From Nitrospirota bacterium (lineage in GTDB: Bacteria > Nitrospirota > Thermodesulfovibrionia > Thermodesulfovibrionales > Dissulfurispiraceae): a DNA stretch of 64,000 nucleotides. Shown one piece after another: positions 49,686 through 60,300 of the stretch. The DNA lies in the NCBI GenBank assembly GCA_963790025.1, contig CAWBMP010000004.1, positions 1,632,001 to 1,696,000 on the forward strand. The letters run 5' to 3'. Below the pieces are notes generated by a model, which did not search any database, was not told the DNA's origin, and worked only from the letters and a program-made list of their open reading frames with translations. Each line of letters opens with the position of its first letter. The stretch's first letter is position 1. Position numbers and translations under genes: made by a program.

Positions 49686-52011
49686 ATTTCCACTTAAATA
49701 TACTCAAGATATTGGAAAAGTCATCGGTCCAGACCGGTACGTTACCGGCACCTTGCAATTTTACCCAGCGCGGGTCATGTGCCAGTCTGCCCAGATAAGC
49801 TGCTTTTTGAGCAAGGATGACCCAATGAGAGCGGTATTTTGTTTTTGTAGATTCTTTGTCGTCATTTTGTGAGCGTGCCTCAAGACCTGCATCCCTTGCC
49901 AGACGATCGAGCACCGGCTCGAGATCAAGGTATTTATTAGAAATATGAATTGCAAGGATGCCTGTACGTTCCAGTTTTGAAAAATATAGATGCAGCGCTT
50001 CGCGTGTCAAGAGGTGCACAGGGATGGCATCGGAACTGAAGGCATCGATAATCATAAGCCCGTATTTCCTGTCAGCTGCTTCCTCAAGTTTCAGACGGGC
50101 ATCCCCTATAATGATCTCCCAGTCTGCACGGCAGTCTTTCATATAAGTGAACATTGCCGGATCAGTTGCAATACGTTTTATCGCCGGATCGATCTCGTAA
50201 AAGGTGAAATGCTGGTGCGGTTCCCCGTAACTTGCGAGTGTGCCGGTCCCTAGTCCGATCAACGCCACATGCTTCTTTCGTGAAGTGCCGCTAAAGGTCC
50301 TGAAAACCTGGCCTATTGGGCCTTTGCGATGGTAGTAGGTAAGCGGCTCCCGAGCGCGACTGGGATCGAGGCTCTGTTTGCCGTGCTGGGTAGTGCCATG
50401 TACAAGCACCCGGTATTCATGAGCGGCATCGTTCGACACCTTGATGACGCCGAAAAAGCTTCGTTCTTTGTGGACGATGTCCTCTTTCCAGTCATTATTG
50501 ATCATGATGGCAAGCGTTAACGCGGCAATCCCAAGACCGAAGCGCCAAGGTCTTCTCATAAAGGCAAGGCCGAAGCATAGCACTGCAGGAATGCTGTAGG
50601 TAACTATTACTTTCAGTCTCTCCAGGGCATCTTCATGGAGCTTGTCGAGGATGGGTATTTTCAGATTCCACAGGGGCCACTCACTAATAAGCCAGAATGC
50701 CAGGACCCCCAGGAGAGCCGGCAGCACAATATCGAGAAGCAGAGTTATTCGGCCGTTCTGCCGTGCCTGCGCTTTTCTGCCTGAGAGGGGGACAAGAAAG
50801 GCTGCGAGCGCAAAAGCGATAGGATATTCCGCTATTGAGGTAAATACGAGTGGAGCAACAAGAGCATTAAAAACACCGCCGGCAACACCGCCGACTGACA
50901 TGCACAAATAGAACTCGGTAAGATGATATGCAGATGGCCTGCTCCGCGCAAGTTCGCCGTGGCACGCCATCGCAATAATGAAAAAAACAGTAAGATTGGC
51001 AAGAAATATTATCCATATGGCCGGTTTGGTCATGGGGATATTGATAAACATAATGGCGATAAGCGCGGCAGGGGCGATGCGCAGCACACTGCGGTGAAAG
51101 ACCATCGGTATGTTTGCAAAGACGAGAATGAAGGAAAGCAGATAGAGCGTCAGGGGAATCACCCAGAACAGTGGTATTGCCGCGACGTCAGTGCTGAGAA
51201 AAGTGGTCACCCCGAGCATCAGACTTGAGGGGACAAAAGAAAGAGCGATCCAGCGTAACCGGTCCATAACGGCAGGCTGGATTGACTTGCCGATGTAATC
51301 AGGAGCGTTTGTACCCACTGCAGAGGTAGTAACGGTCTCTCCTGTAATATTTCTTGCCCACCATGCAAGAAAAGCGCAGGTAAGGCTGAGCACGAGAAGG
51401 ATGCCGTAGCCGGCTGACCACAAAAGACTCTGCTCTTTCAGCGGGAGCCGCGGTTCTATGAGCGATGGATAACTCATCAGTGCCAGCATGCTGCCGACAT
51501 TGCTTGCGCTGTAAAGGAAATAGGGGTCTTTAGCCGAGGGATGTCCTGTACGGACAAACCATTTTTGCAGGAGCGGTGCGCTGCCGGAAAGTATAAAAAA
51601 AAGTAACCCTACGGAAGTGAGTAACAGTAGAAGTACCAGCCCTTCCGGATTTGCTTCCCCTGTTGGGATCAGACGGCGTGAGACAGCGACCGGCAGGAAG
51701 AGACAGGCACACAAAAGTATAACACCGTGCAGCAGAATTTGATTCTTGAACCGCAACCTGCTGCCGGAAAGGTGCGCGTAAAGGTACCCGGCGAGAAGCA
51801 GTGCCTGAAAAAACATCATGCATGTGTTCCATACTGCCGGAGTACCGCCGAGCAGCGGAAGGATCATTTTTGCGATCATCGGTTCTACAATAAAAAGCAG
51901 GCCTGCACTGATAAAAAGGGTGAGACCAAAAAAAGCAGGCACATACCAGCGCCCTTTCTCCCAGTTGCGCGCTCCCGGTGTTGTATCTGTTTTCTGCAAA
52001 TAATTGTCCAT
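49684..52011 (-). CDS. Fused multi-TM membrane / spermidine-synthase-like SAM-dependent protein
   Basis: Many TM helices, then HGTTQHG, YYH..GP, IGLGTGT, YEIDP, GDARL, DAFSSDAIPVHLLT, WTDDFSN. Confidence 0.9.
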   Translation of the reverse strand: MDNYLQKTDTTPGARNWEKGRWYVPAFFGLTLFISAGLLFIVEPMIAKMILPLLGGTPAVWNTCMMFFQALLLAGYLYAHLSGSRLRFKNQILLHGVILLCACLFLPVAVSRRLIPTGEANPEGLVLLLLLTSVGLLFFILSGSAPLLQKWFVRTGHPSAKDPYFLYSASNVGSMLALMSYPSLIEPRLPLKEQSLLWSAGYGILLVLSLTCAFLAWWARNITGETVTTSAVGTNAPDYIGKSIQPAVMDRLRWIALSFVPSSLMLGVTTFLSTDVAAIPLFWVIPLTLYLLSFILVFANIPMVFHRSVLRIAPAALIAIMFINIPMTKPAIWIIFLANLTVFFIIAMACHGELARSRPSAYHLTEFYLCMSVGGVAGGVFNALVAPLVFTSIAEYPIAFALAAFLVPLSGRKAQARQNGRITLLLDIVLPALLGVLAFWLISEWPLWNLKIPILDKLHEDALERLKVIVTYSIPAVLCFGLAFMRRPWRFGLGIAALTLAIMINNDWKEDIVHKERSFFGVIKVSNDAAHEYRVLVHGTTQHGKQSLDPSRAREPLTYYHRKGPIGQVFRTFSGTSRKKHVALIGLGTGTLASYGEPHQHFTFYEIDPAIKRIATDPAMFTYMKDCRADWEIIIGDARLKLEEAADRKYGLMIIDAFSSDAIPVHLLTREALHLYFSKLERTGILAIHISNKYLDLEPVLDRLARDAGLEARSQNDDKESTKTKYRSHWVILAQKAAYLGRLAHDPRWVKLQGAGNVPVWTDDFSNILSIFKWK

Positions 52012-52138
52012 TAAATATAGTTAATACTGCGTAAGTATTGTATAGGTATTTGTCATGAAGTACAAGAAGTTATTGAACAGAGGGGCAGGGGGAAAGTATA
52101 TACTTGACTTGATCAGGGGAATCGACTACATTAAAATT

Positions 52139-52672
52139 ATGAGGACGATATTAAAGCATATAAAGCTCTCAGTTTTGATTTTTTTCATTGCTGTTATGAG
52201 CAGCGGTTGTGGGTCCTATCAGGAAATACGGACCTTAGATACCTCTGAAAAAGAAGTTGCCGGGACCTATTCGCTGATACTCTACGGCGGCAGGCACGGG
52301 AATGATCTTGAGACCGTCGCGATCCTTAACAAAGAGGATGCCCCGTACAAAATTGTGCCTTATGCCCCGGAATTCGATTACCGGATTATAAAAGATGTGC
52401 CCGCAAAAGAGGCGCTCGCAAAGGCATACAAATTTGTAAGCTTTAATCCCTATTTTTTCCGCACGCAGGTGACCAGGATTGTAGACAGCAGCAACGGCGC
52501 GCTGCTTGGTTACGAGATCCGGCCTCTTTATCAGCCACTCGCCTACGGGTATTATGATGTCCTTTATATCAATTACTGGAAAAAGGACGGCAAGGTTTTT
52601 GTGAAGATGAAGCTGAATTATGAGCTTGAAAGAAAGCTCAGGGGCGGCGTGGGGACGGAGTGGGGCCGGTGA
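52139..52672 (+). CDS. Lipoprotein of unknown function
   Basis: Signal peptide MRTILKH...SSGC; promoter TTGACT-17 nt-TACATT ends 6 nt before ATG 52139. Confidence 0.75.
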   Translation: MRTILKHIKLSVLIFFIAVMSSGCGSYQEIRTLDTSEKEVAGTYSLILYGGRHGNDLETVAILNKEDAPYKIVPYAPEFDYRIIKDVPAKEALAKAYKFVSFNPYFFRTQVTRIVDSSNGALLGYEIRPLYQPLAYGYYDVLYINYWKKDGKVFVKMKLNYELERKLRGGVGTEWGR

Positions 52673-52720
52673 AAATAGGAAAAAAGTGAGAAGATAGAGG
52701 TTGGAGGTATAAGTCTATCC

Positions 52721-53488
52721 TTACTTCAGTATGCGCTTGCGCATGAGTCTGAAGGGATAAACAGCGAGCAGCGTAACAACGGCAAAAAGCCACACAATAT
52801 CTATTACAACTCCAGAGAATTTCCCCAGCGCAAAGGCCCGGCATATGTTGACAAGGTGATATAACGGAGTTAAGAATGCTATTTTGGCAACCATGGGCGG
52901 CATTGTGTCAATGGGAAAGAAAATACCCGAAAAGAGAAACATGGGTGTCATCAGGAGTGTATAAAAATAATTGAAGGAATCTATCCCAGGCACTTTTGCG
53001 ACAAAGATCAGCGATATTTCTGAAAAGATAAGGCCGCTGATAAATAGCATGGGAATGACGCCAAGCAACATGGGAGAGGCCACAAGACCGAAAAGCGATA
53101 TTACAACAATGATAATGGTTCCGTATACCAGGCTTTTTGTCGCTCCCCACATTAACTCGCCGGCAATGAGGTCATCGATGGTAAGGGGCGTGGCGAGTAT
53201 GGCATCAAAGGTCTTCTGAAACGTCATTCTCACATATGTGCTGTAGGTGCATTCGTAGACGGCTGCAAACATGGACGAGGAAGCTATGATCCCGGGTGCG
53301 ATGAAGTTAATGTACGGCATTCCGTTAATTTCTTTTACAAAGGCCCCCAGTCCGAGCCCTAATGCGGCAAGGTACAGGACAGGCTCCACAAAATTAAGGG
53401 CAAAGCTCGATTTATAAAGTTTGGTATAGACCGTAAAATGGCGCTGCCAAACCCTGAAAGACCGCTTGATTTTTAGCTTATTCGACAA
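52721..53488 (-). CDS. ABC-2 type permease, NodJ-like
   Basis: EPVLYL..LGLGLG, YINFIAPG, QKTFDAILATPL, PMFLFSGIFFP, PLYHLV. Confidence 0.9.
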   Translation of the reverse strand: MSNKLKIKRSFRVWQRHFTVYTKLYKSSFALNFVEPVLYLAALGLGLGAFVKEINGMPYINFIAPGIIASSSMFAAVYECTYSTYVRMTFQKTFDAILATPLTIDDLIAGELMWGATKSLVYGTIIIVVISLFGLVASPMLLGVIPMLFISGLIFSEISLIFVAKVPGIDSFNYFYTLLMTPMFLFSGIFFPIDTMPPMVAKIAFLTPLYHLVNICRAFALGKFSGVVIDIVWLFAVVTLLAVYPFRLMRKRILK

Positions 53489-54212
53489 GACGTCTCCCGG
53501 TGAGTTTCAGATAGACGTCTTCGAGGTTTCCGCCGTGCAAACCAGTTAAACCTGACGGCGAATCAATAGTCACGATTTTTCCCAGGTCCATGATTGCGAC
53601 CCTGTCACATAGTTTTTCAGCCTCTTCCATATAGTGCGTGGTGAGAAGCAGGGTGGTCCCTTTTACCTTGAGGTCCTCGAGCTTGTCCCACACAGCACGC
53701 CTGCTGTGAGGATCAAGCCCCGTGGTCGGCTCATCGAGGACCAGCAGATAGGGATTGTTGACCAGAGAGCGGGCCAAAAGCAGGCGGTGCTTCATGCCCC
53801 CTGAAAGGTCCTCTATTTTAGCGGTTGCCTTTTCACTCAATGCTACAAAGTCCAGCAGTTCCCAGGCCAAGGGAAGAGACGTCTTTTTCGGTATATCGAA
53901 ATAACGCGCATAGACGATCAAATTCTCGATCACATTAAGGTCAGGATCAAGGTTGACATCCTGCGGCATAACGCCGATGCGCGCTTTAATATCGCTTGGC
54001 TTTTCAGTTACAGGCATTCCGAATACCTTTACATCACCGGAGGTCGGTGGCATAAAACAATAAATGATACGCATAACAGTTGTTTTGCCTGCGCCATTCG
54101 GCCCGAGGAAACCGAAGCATTCCCCTCTTTCAATCTCGAAATCGATGGAATCGACAGCCTTCAGTCCGTCGTAATATTTTGTCAGGCCCTTTGCGGTAAC
54201 AATAGGATTCAC
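53478..54212 (-). CDS. ABC transporter ATP-binding protein, NodI-like
   Basis: GECFGFLGPNGAGKTT, LSGGMK, LDEPTTGLDP, LTTHYMEEAE; GTG start inferred at 54212. Confidence 0.9.
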   Translation of the reverse strand: MNPIVTAKGLTKYYDGLKAVDSIDFEIERGECFGFLGPNGAGKTTVMRIIYCFMPPTSGDVKVFGMPVTEKPSDIKARIGVMPQDVNLDPDLNVIENLIVYARYFDIPKKTSLPLAWELLDFVALSEKATAKIEDLSGGMKHRLLLARSLVNNPYLLVLDEPTTGLDPHSRRAVWDKLEDLKVKGTTLLLTTHYMEEAEKLCDRVAIMDLGKIVTIDSPSGLTGLHGGNLEDVYLKLTGRRLVE

Positions 54213-54445
54213 AATTAGGATATTATAACCCATATCGGATGGGGCAGCCCAAATCCTGATGACCTCTGCTCTCTTTCTGCCCAGACATACCAATACAGGG
54301 TACTCCCCTTGCGATCTATTCCATATGAAAACTGACAGAGAAACAGCGTGTTACCGGTACTCTTCCTGGAGGGTTTTTCTAAAACTATCAATGTGTTATA
54401 ATACTAATCACTTTACAACTAAGTTATAGAAAAGAGAGGAAATGA

Positions 54446-56857
54446 ATGTTGCAGTCTAAGGTGTCGATCAGTATAGAAGAAGAGATGAAAGTGAGTTACC
54501 TCGATTACGCCATGAGCGTAATAATCGGGCGGGCCCTGCCTGAAGTAAGAGACGGGCTCAAGCCGGTCCAGAGAAGAATCCTCTATGCCATGTTCAGAGA
54601 AGGGCTTCTGCCCAATAAGAAATACTCGAAGAGTGCCGGTGTTGTGGGCGAGGTTTTGAAAAAATACCACCCTCATGGCGACTCTGCTGTTTACGATGCA
54701 ATGGTGCGGTTGGCACAGGATTTTAATATGCGGTATATGCTTGTTGACGGACAGGGCAATTTCGGCTCCATTGACGGCGACCCCGCTGCAGCATACAGGT
54801 ATACCGAAGCGCGTCTGGCAAAGATAGCTGAAGAGCTGCTTGCTGATATAGATAAGGAAACTGTTGATTTCAGTCCTAATTTCGATGAAACCACCGAAGA
54901 GCCTGTAGTGCTGCCGACAAGGGTCCCCAATCTCCTAGTCAACGGCTCGGCAGGTATTGCTGTTGGCATGGCCACCAATATCCCTCCGCATAATCTCGGC
55001 GAGATCGTGGAGGGCCTTGTCATGTTGCTTGATAATTCCCAGGTCACGATCAACGAGCTGATGGCTGCGATTAAAGGTCCTGACTTTCCAACTGGCGCGA
55101 TCATACATGGGACGGAAGGTATTGTGAGCGCCTATAACACAGGCAGGGGATTGATCAAGGTCCGCGCTAAGGTGTTAATTGAACGCGAGGCACGCGGAAA
55201 TGAAAGCATCATTGTCAGTGAACTGCCTTACCAGGTCAATAAGGCGCGTCTTATCGAAAAAATCGCTGAACTCGTCCGCGAGAAGCGTATCGAGGGCATC
55301 TCGGATATAAGGGATGAATCCGACAGGGACGGCATACGTGTGGTGATGGAAATAAAACGCGGAGAGATGGCGCAGGTGATCCTCAATAATCTCTATAAGC
55401 ACACGGCGATGGAATCCACGTTTGGTGTTATTATGCTTGCCCTTGTGGAAGGACAGCCCCATGTCCTGACACTTAAGGAAATGCTCGAAAAATTTCTTCA
55501 GCACCGCAGGAATGTGATCCTGCGCAGGACGCGCTTCGAATTACGCAAGGCTGAAGAAAAAGCCCATATCCTCGAAGGACTCAAAATAGCACTTGACCAC
55601 CTTGATGAAATCATCAGCCTTATAAGGAGGTCAAAGACACCGGAGGAAGCAAAAACCGGGTTGATGACCAATTATCCACTGTCCCAGATCCAGGCGCAGG
55701 CGATACTGGACATGCGCCTGCAGCGTCTGACCGGCCTTGAGCGTGATAAAATCATAAAGGATTACGAAGACACTTTAAAAGAGATAGAGAGATTGAAGGC
55801 AATACTCGGCAGTGACGCCCTTGTGTCGAAAATCATCAAGGACGAGCTTGTCGAGGTCAAAACCAAATTCGCCGATGAGAGAAGGACAGATATTGTTCCC
55901 GGGACGGCGGACCTGACTATTGAGGACCTTATCACAGAGGAGGAAATGGTGATAACCGTTTCCCATAACGGGTACATTAAGCGGAACCCGCTGTCCATAT
56001 ATAGAAGCCAGCGCCGCGGAGGCAAAGGCCTTACGGGCATGGAGACCAGGGAAGAGGATTTCGTTGAGCAGCTCTTTATCGGCTCTACTCATGATTACAT
56101 GCTCTTTTTCAGCAATAAGGGCAGGCTCTATTGGCTGAAGATATACCAGATACCCGAGGCCGGGCGCGCAGCCAAGGGCAAGGCCCTCGTAAATGTTCTC
56201 TCTCTTTCAGAGGGAGAACGGATTACGACCGCTCTGAATGTCAAAAATTTCAGCGAGGGCTACCTTATGATGTTTACCAAGGCGGGCGTTGTGAAAAAGA
56301 CTAAGCTCAATGAATACAGTAACCCGAGGGCAAAAGGAATAATAGCGGTGACACTTGACGAAGGAGATGAACTGATTGCAGTTAAAGAGACATCCGGAAA
56401 TAACGACATTATCATCGGCACAAAGCGCGGGCTTGCCGCGCGCTTCAAGGAGGACGATGTCAGGGCGGCAGGACGGACCGCCAGAGGTGTCATCGGCATT
56501 CGTCTCGGCAAGGAAGACGAAGTTGTTTCCGCCAATGTGGTCGAAGAAAGAATGAGTCTACTGACGGTCACGGAAAAGGGCCTGGGCAAGAGGACCGAAA
56601 TCGGAGAATATCCTGTTCACGGCCGCGGAGGAAAAGGGGTGATTTCAATTAAGGTGGTGGAGAGAGGCGGAAATGCTGTCGGTCTCCTTCAGGTAAAAGA
56701 TGAAGATGAGGTTGTCCTTATCACCAATGGCGGAAAATTAATAAGGACCGTTACACGGAACATTTCGCTGCTCGGAAGAAATACCCAGGGAGTCAAACTT
56801 ATGGACCTCGATGCAGAAGACAAAATCGTAAGCATAGGCAGGGTAGCCGAAGAATGA
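54446..56857 (+). CDS. gyrA: DNA gyrase subunit A
   Basis: [29 protein letters not shown] catalytic Tyr, GyrA box QRRGGKG. Confidence 0.97.
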   Translation: MLQSKVSISIEEEMKVSYLDYAMSVIIGRALPEVRDGLKPVQRRILYAMFREGLLPNKKYSKSAGVVGEVLKKYHPHGDSAVYDAMVRLAQDFNMRYMLVDGQGNFGSIDGDPAAAYRYTEARLAKIAEELLADIDKETVDFSPNFDETTEEPVVLPTRVPNLLVNGSAGIAVGMATNIPPHNLGEIVEGLVMLLDNSQVTINELMAAIKGPDFPTGAIIHGTEGIVSAYNTGRGLIKVRAKVLIEREARGNESIIVSELPYQVNKARLIEKIAELVREKRIEGISDIRDESDRDGIRVVMEIKRGEMAQVILNNLYKHTAMESTFGVIMLALVEGQPHVLTLKEMLEKFLQHRRNVILRRTRFELRKAEEKAHILEGLKIALDHLDEIISLIRRSKTPEEAKTGLMTNYPLSQIQAQAILDMRLQRLTGLERDKIIKDYEDTLKEIERLKAILGSDALVSKIIKDELVEVKTKFADERRTDIVPGTADLTIEDLITEEEMVITVSHNGYIKRNPLSIYRSQRRGGKGLTGMETREEDFVEQLFIGSTHDYMLFFSNKGRLYWLKIYQIPEAGRAAKGKALVNVLSLSEGERITTALNVKNFSEGYLMMFTKAGVVKKTKLNEYSNPRAKGIIAVTLDEGDELIAVKETSGNNDIIIGTKRGLAARFKEDDVRAAGRTARGVIGIRLGKEDEVVSANVVEERMSLLTVTEKGLGKRTEIGEYPVHGRGGKGVISIKVVERGGNAVGLLQVKDEDEVVLITNGGKLIRTVTRNISLLGRNTQGVKLMDLDAEDKIVSIGRVAEE

Positions 56858-56955
56858 AAGATGCAGCTGCAAAGCCCCCAATGGTTGAGTCCATCAATTC
56901 AGCTTAATAATCAAGCCTAATGTTGCTATTAATAATAGGGCTATAAAAATAATTA

Positions 56956-56984
56956 TTGACAAAATGCAGCCGAGTTTCTATACT
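56956..56984 (+). promoter_or_regulatory. Sigma70 promoter for the first acs
   Basis: TTGACA-17 nt-TATACT. Confidence 0.75.
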
Positions 56985-57113
56985 TAGTCCCTATGCGTTT
57001 CAGTTTGTAGCATTTATTTCCGTGCAACTTATAACAAAAGGTGGAACAAGTAAGTAAATGTGCAAGGCTATACTTTATAGCCATAAAACTAAATGAAAAG
57101 GCGGGGATGATCA

Positions 57114-59177
57114 ATGGCTGAAGAAAAAGAAAAAGGCGTAGAAACGTCAGAAGCTGAAATAGCGGTCCATTGGGGAGAAGAGGAATTTTACAAACCATCG
57201 ACAAAGTTCATTGCGCAGGCAAACATGACCGATGAAACGGTCTATGATCGTTTTTCATTGAAGAACTTCCCAAACTGCTTTAAAGAGTATGCAGACATGT
57301 TGACTTGGTACAAGTACTGGGATGAAACTCTCGATACCAGCGATGCCCCTTGCTACAAGTGGTTCAGGGGCGGGTTGATCAATGCAAGCTACAACTGTAT
57401 TGACAGACATCTCGCAAAGAATAAGAACAAAACAGCTATCCACTTCGTACCGGAGCTTGAGACTGATAAGATCGAGCATGTTACCTATCAGGAGTTGTAT
57501 GTGAGGGTGAATGAGTTTGCAGCTATTCTCAAAAACAAGCTTGGCCTGAAGGCAGGGGACAGGGTAACGCTCCATTTGCCGATGGTTGCAGAGCTTCCTA
57601 TAACAATGCTTGCTTGTGCAAGACTTGGCATTATTCACTCGCAGGTTTTCGGCGGGTTCAGCGGAAGGGCATGCGCTGACAGGATCGTCGACTCAGGAAG
57701 CGATTATCTGATAACGATGGACGGGTATTTCAGGGCCGGACAGATGCAGGACCATAAGGAAAAGGCGGACATTGCTGTTGCAGAGGCAGCAAAGGATGGC
57801 CGCGCAGTAAAAAAGGTCCTGGTATGGCAGCGCTATCCCGGCAAATATTCTGCCAAGACTCCGATGGTAGAGGGCCGCGATTTCTTTGTCAATGACCTGC
57901 TGAAGAAATATTACGGGGCCAGGATTGATCCTGTTCCTATGCCTGCTGAAGCACCGCTCTTCCTCATGTATACCAGCGGCACAACCGGAAAGCCCAAGGG
58001 AGCCCAGCACAGCACCGGCGGTTACCTTGCTTATGTGACAGGGACATCTAAATACATTCAGGACATCCATCCTGAGGACGTATACTGGTGTATGGCTGAC
58101 ATCGGCTGGATCACAGGTCATTCTTATATTGTCTATGGTCCTTTGGCATTATGCGCATCCAGTGTTATTTTTGAAGGCGTTCCTACATATCCCGATGCAG
58201 GCAGGGCATGGAGGATCGCGCAGGAACTTGATGTAAACATATTCCATACCGCACCGACCGCCATCAGGGCACTGAGAAAGGTTGGTCCTGACGAGCCGAA
58301 GAAATACAATTATCACTTCAAGCATATGACCACAGTCGGTGAGCCGATCGAGCCTGAAGTTTGGAGATGGTATTACAACGAAGTCGGCAAAAAAGAGGCA
58401 GCAATTGTTGATACATGGTGGCAGACTGAAAACGGTGGTTTCCTATGCAGCACAATCCCTGCAATTAAAGCCATGAAGCCCGGCAGTGCGGGTCCAGGCG
58501 TCCCTGGTATCCATCCGATCGTTTATGACAATGACGGGAACGTAATCCTTCCGGGAGCAGGCAAGGCAGGCAACATCTGCATACAGAACCCGTGGCCCGG
58601 CATGTTCCAGACTATCTGGGGAGACCGCGACCGTTTTGTAAAGACCTACTTTGAAAGATACTGCAAAGACCCGAAGAGCAAAAAATGGCAGGACTGGCCG
58701 TATCTTACCGGTGATGCCGCTGTTGTGGCTGCTGACGGATATGTCCGTATCTTGGGCAGAATCGACGATGTTATCAATGTTTCCGGTCATAGATTGGGGA
58801 CCAAAGAGATTGAATCCGCAGCGCTTACCCACCCCGATGTGGCAGAAGCGGCTGTTGTTCCAGTCAAGCATGAGGTTAAAGGCAAAGAACCTGATCTGTA
58901 TATTGCCCTGAAACCCGGCAAAAAGGCGAGTCCCGAACTCGCAAAAGCAATATCAGCGTGTATAGTCAAGGAAATCGGCGCAATCGCAAGGCCGAGAAAG
59001 GTCTGGATTGTCCCTGACATGCCGAAGACCCGTTCAGGAAAGATCATGCGTCGCGTACTTGGCGCTATTTCCAACGGCACGGATGTAGGTGATGTTATGA
59101 CGCTTGCTAACCCTGAAATTGTCGAAGCCATCACAAAAATGGTCCAGGAAGAGGAAGGCAAGCCGATAATACCTTAG
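57114..59177 (+). CDS. acs: Acetyl-CoA synthetase (AMP-forming), paralogue 1
   Basis: YTSGTTGKPKG, ADIGWITGH, VGEPI, DTWWQTE, GRIDDVINVSGHRLG, PKTRSGKIMRR. Confidence 0.95.
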   Translation: MAEEKEKGVETSEAEIAVHWGEEEFYKPSTKFIAQANMTDETVYDRFSLKNFPNCFKEYADMLTWYKYWDETLDTSDAPCYKWFRGGLINASYNCIDRHLAKNKNKTAIHFVPELETDKIEHVTYQELYVRVNEFAAILKNKLGLKAGDRVTLHLPMVAELPITMLACARLGIIHSQVFGGFSGRACADRIVDSGSDYLITMDGYFRAGQMQDHKEKADIAVAEAAKDGRAVKKVLVWQRYPGKYSAKTPMVEGRDFFVNDLLKKYYGARIDPVPMPAEAPLFLMYTSGTTGKPKGAQHSTGGYLAYVTGTSKYIQDIHPEDVYWCMADIGWITGHSYIVYGPLALCASSVIFEGVPTYPDAGRAWRIAQELDVNIFHTAPTAIRALRKVGPDEPKKYNYHFKHMTTVGEPIEPEVWRWYYNEVGKKEAAIVDTWWQTENGGFLCSTIPAIKAMKPGSAGPGVPGIHPIVYDNDGNVILPGAGKAGNICIQNPWPGMFQTIWGDRDRFVKTYFERYCKDPKSKKWQDWPYLTGDAAVVAADGYVRILGRIDDVINVSGHRLGTKEIESAALTHPDVAEAAVVPVKHEVKGKEPDLYIALKPGKKASPELAKAISACIVKEIGAIARPRKVWIVPDMPKTRSGKIMRRVLGAISNGTDVGDVMTLANPEIVEAITKMVQEEEGKPIIP

Positions 59178-59230
59178 CCCCAGGGAAACGAGGCAGGGTA
59201 GAATAATCTTGACATAAGTTTTAAAGCAGC

Positions 59231-59273
59231 GGGGAGGGGGCAGGAAAATATTTTTCCTACCCCCTCCCTTTTT
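59231..59273 (+). terminator. Intrinsic terminator after acs paralogue 1
   Basis: GGGAGGGGGCAGGAAAA / TTTTCCTACCCCCTCCC hairpin followed by TTTTT. Confidence 0.85.
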
Positions 59274-59340
59274 ATTATAATAAGAGTTTATAATAAGAAC
59301 TGCACGACTTTTTGGATGTCAATAACTGGATGTCAATAAT

Positions 59341-60300
59341 TTGATGAGAAAGACAGGATTTCTATACGATGAACGGTTTTTGCTCCATGATACCGGACCC
59401 GAACATCCGGAGTGTGCCGACAGACTTCGCGCAATTTACAGGGGAATCGAAGAGGCAGGCCTCCTCCCCCAATTAAGGACCATAAAGGCCAGCCGGGCTG
59501 ATCAGGGATGGATTGAAATTGTCCACAGCATCAAACTTGTCATGCGCTTTGAAGAAGCTTGTCTTTGGGGTATGAACGAGTTAGACCATCCTGATAATAA
59601 GTTATGCAGAGAGACCTTTGAAACCGCGATGCTGGCAGTGGGCGGTATTCTCGACACGGTGGACCTCGTGATGACGGGAGAGATAGACAATGCCTTTTGT
59701 GCGGTCCGACCGCCGGGTCACCATGCAGAAGTAAGCAGGGTCATGGGCTTTTGTTATTTCAATAATGTAGCTATCGCAGCCAGGTATCTGCGACGCAAAT
59801 GGAAAGTGCAGCGTGTAGGCATTGTGGATTTTGACGTCCATCACGGCAACGGTACCCAGAATATTTTTGAAGATGACCCCAGTGTATTTTATTATTCCAT
59901 ACATGAGCATCCTTCCTTTGCCTATCCGGGTACAGGCAGGGAATTTGAGAAGGGGTCGGGTGAGGGTTACGGCTTCACCCTGAACTCGCCTGTATTGCCG
60001 GGCCAGGGGGACAAGGAGTATAAAGAATTGCTTCAAAGAGACTTGTTCCCAGCGTTCGAGGAGTTTAAACCTGAAGTGATTCTTGTGTCCGCAGGCTTCG
60101 ATGCCCACATTGACGATGACATGTCCGATATAAAGCTTTCAACAGAGGGCTTTTCATGGATTATGGAACATATTGTCGGAATGGCCGACAAATATTCCAA
60201 TGGGCGGGTAATCTCTATTCTCGAAGGAGGATACGCGGTAAACCGTCTGTCTGAACTGGTAAAAAATCATATTGAAATTTTGCTCGGCGTCAAAACCTGA
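59341..60300 (+). CDS. Zn-dependent histone-deacetylase-family protein (AcuC-like role inferred)
   Basis: HPEC..RL, RPPGHHA, MGFCYFNN, DFDVHHGNGTQ, SAGFDAH, LEGGY. Confidence 0.93.
   Translation: MMRKTGFLYDERFLLHDTGPEHPECADRLRAIYRGIEEAGLLPQLRTIKASRADQGWIEIVHSIKLVMRFEEACLWGMNELDHPDNKLCRETFETAMLAVGGILDTVDLVMTGEIDNAFCAVRPPGHHAEVSRVMGFCYFNNVAIAARYLRRKWKVQRVGIVDFDVHHGNGTQNIFEDDPSVFYYSIHEHPSFAYPGTGREFEKGSGEGYGFTLNSPVLPGQGDKEYKELLQRDLFPAFEEFKPEVILVSAGFDAHIDDDMSDIKLSTEGFSWIMEHIVGMADKYSNGRVISILEGGYAVNRLSELVKNHIEILLGVKT

Noticed and set aside
52670..52725. Purine-rich stretch between the lipoprotein and nodJ as another periodic element
   Set aside because: Periodicity is weak and there is no clear return arm
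54235..54350. CTGATGA-containing segment upstream of gyrA, considered as a hammerhead ribozyme or fluoride riboswitch
   Set aside because: The required stems and pseudoknot could not be formed, and the closing pair before GAAA is missing
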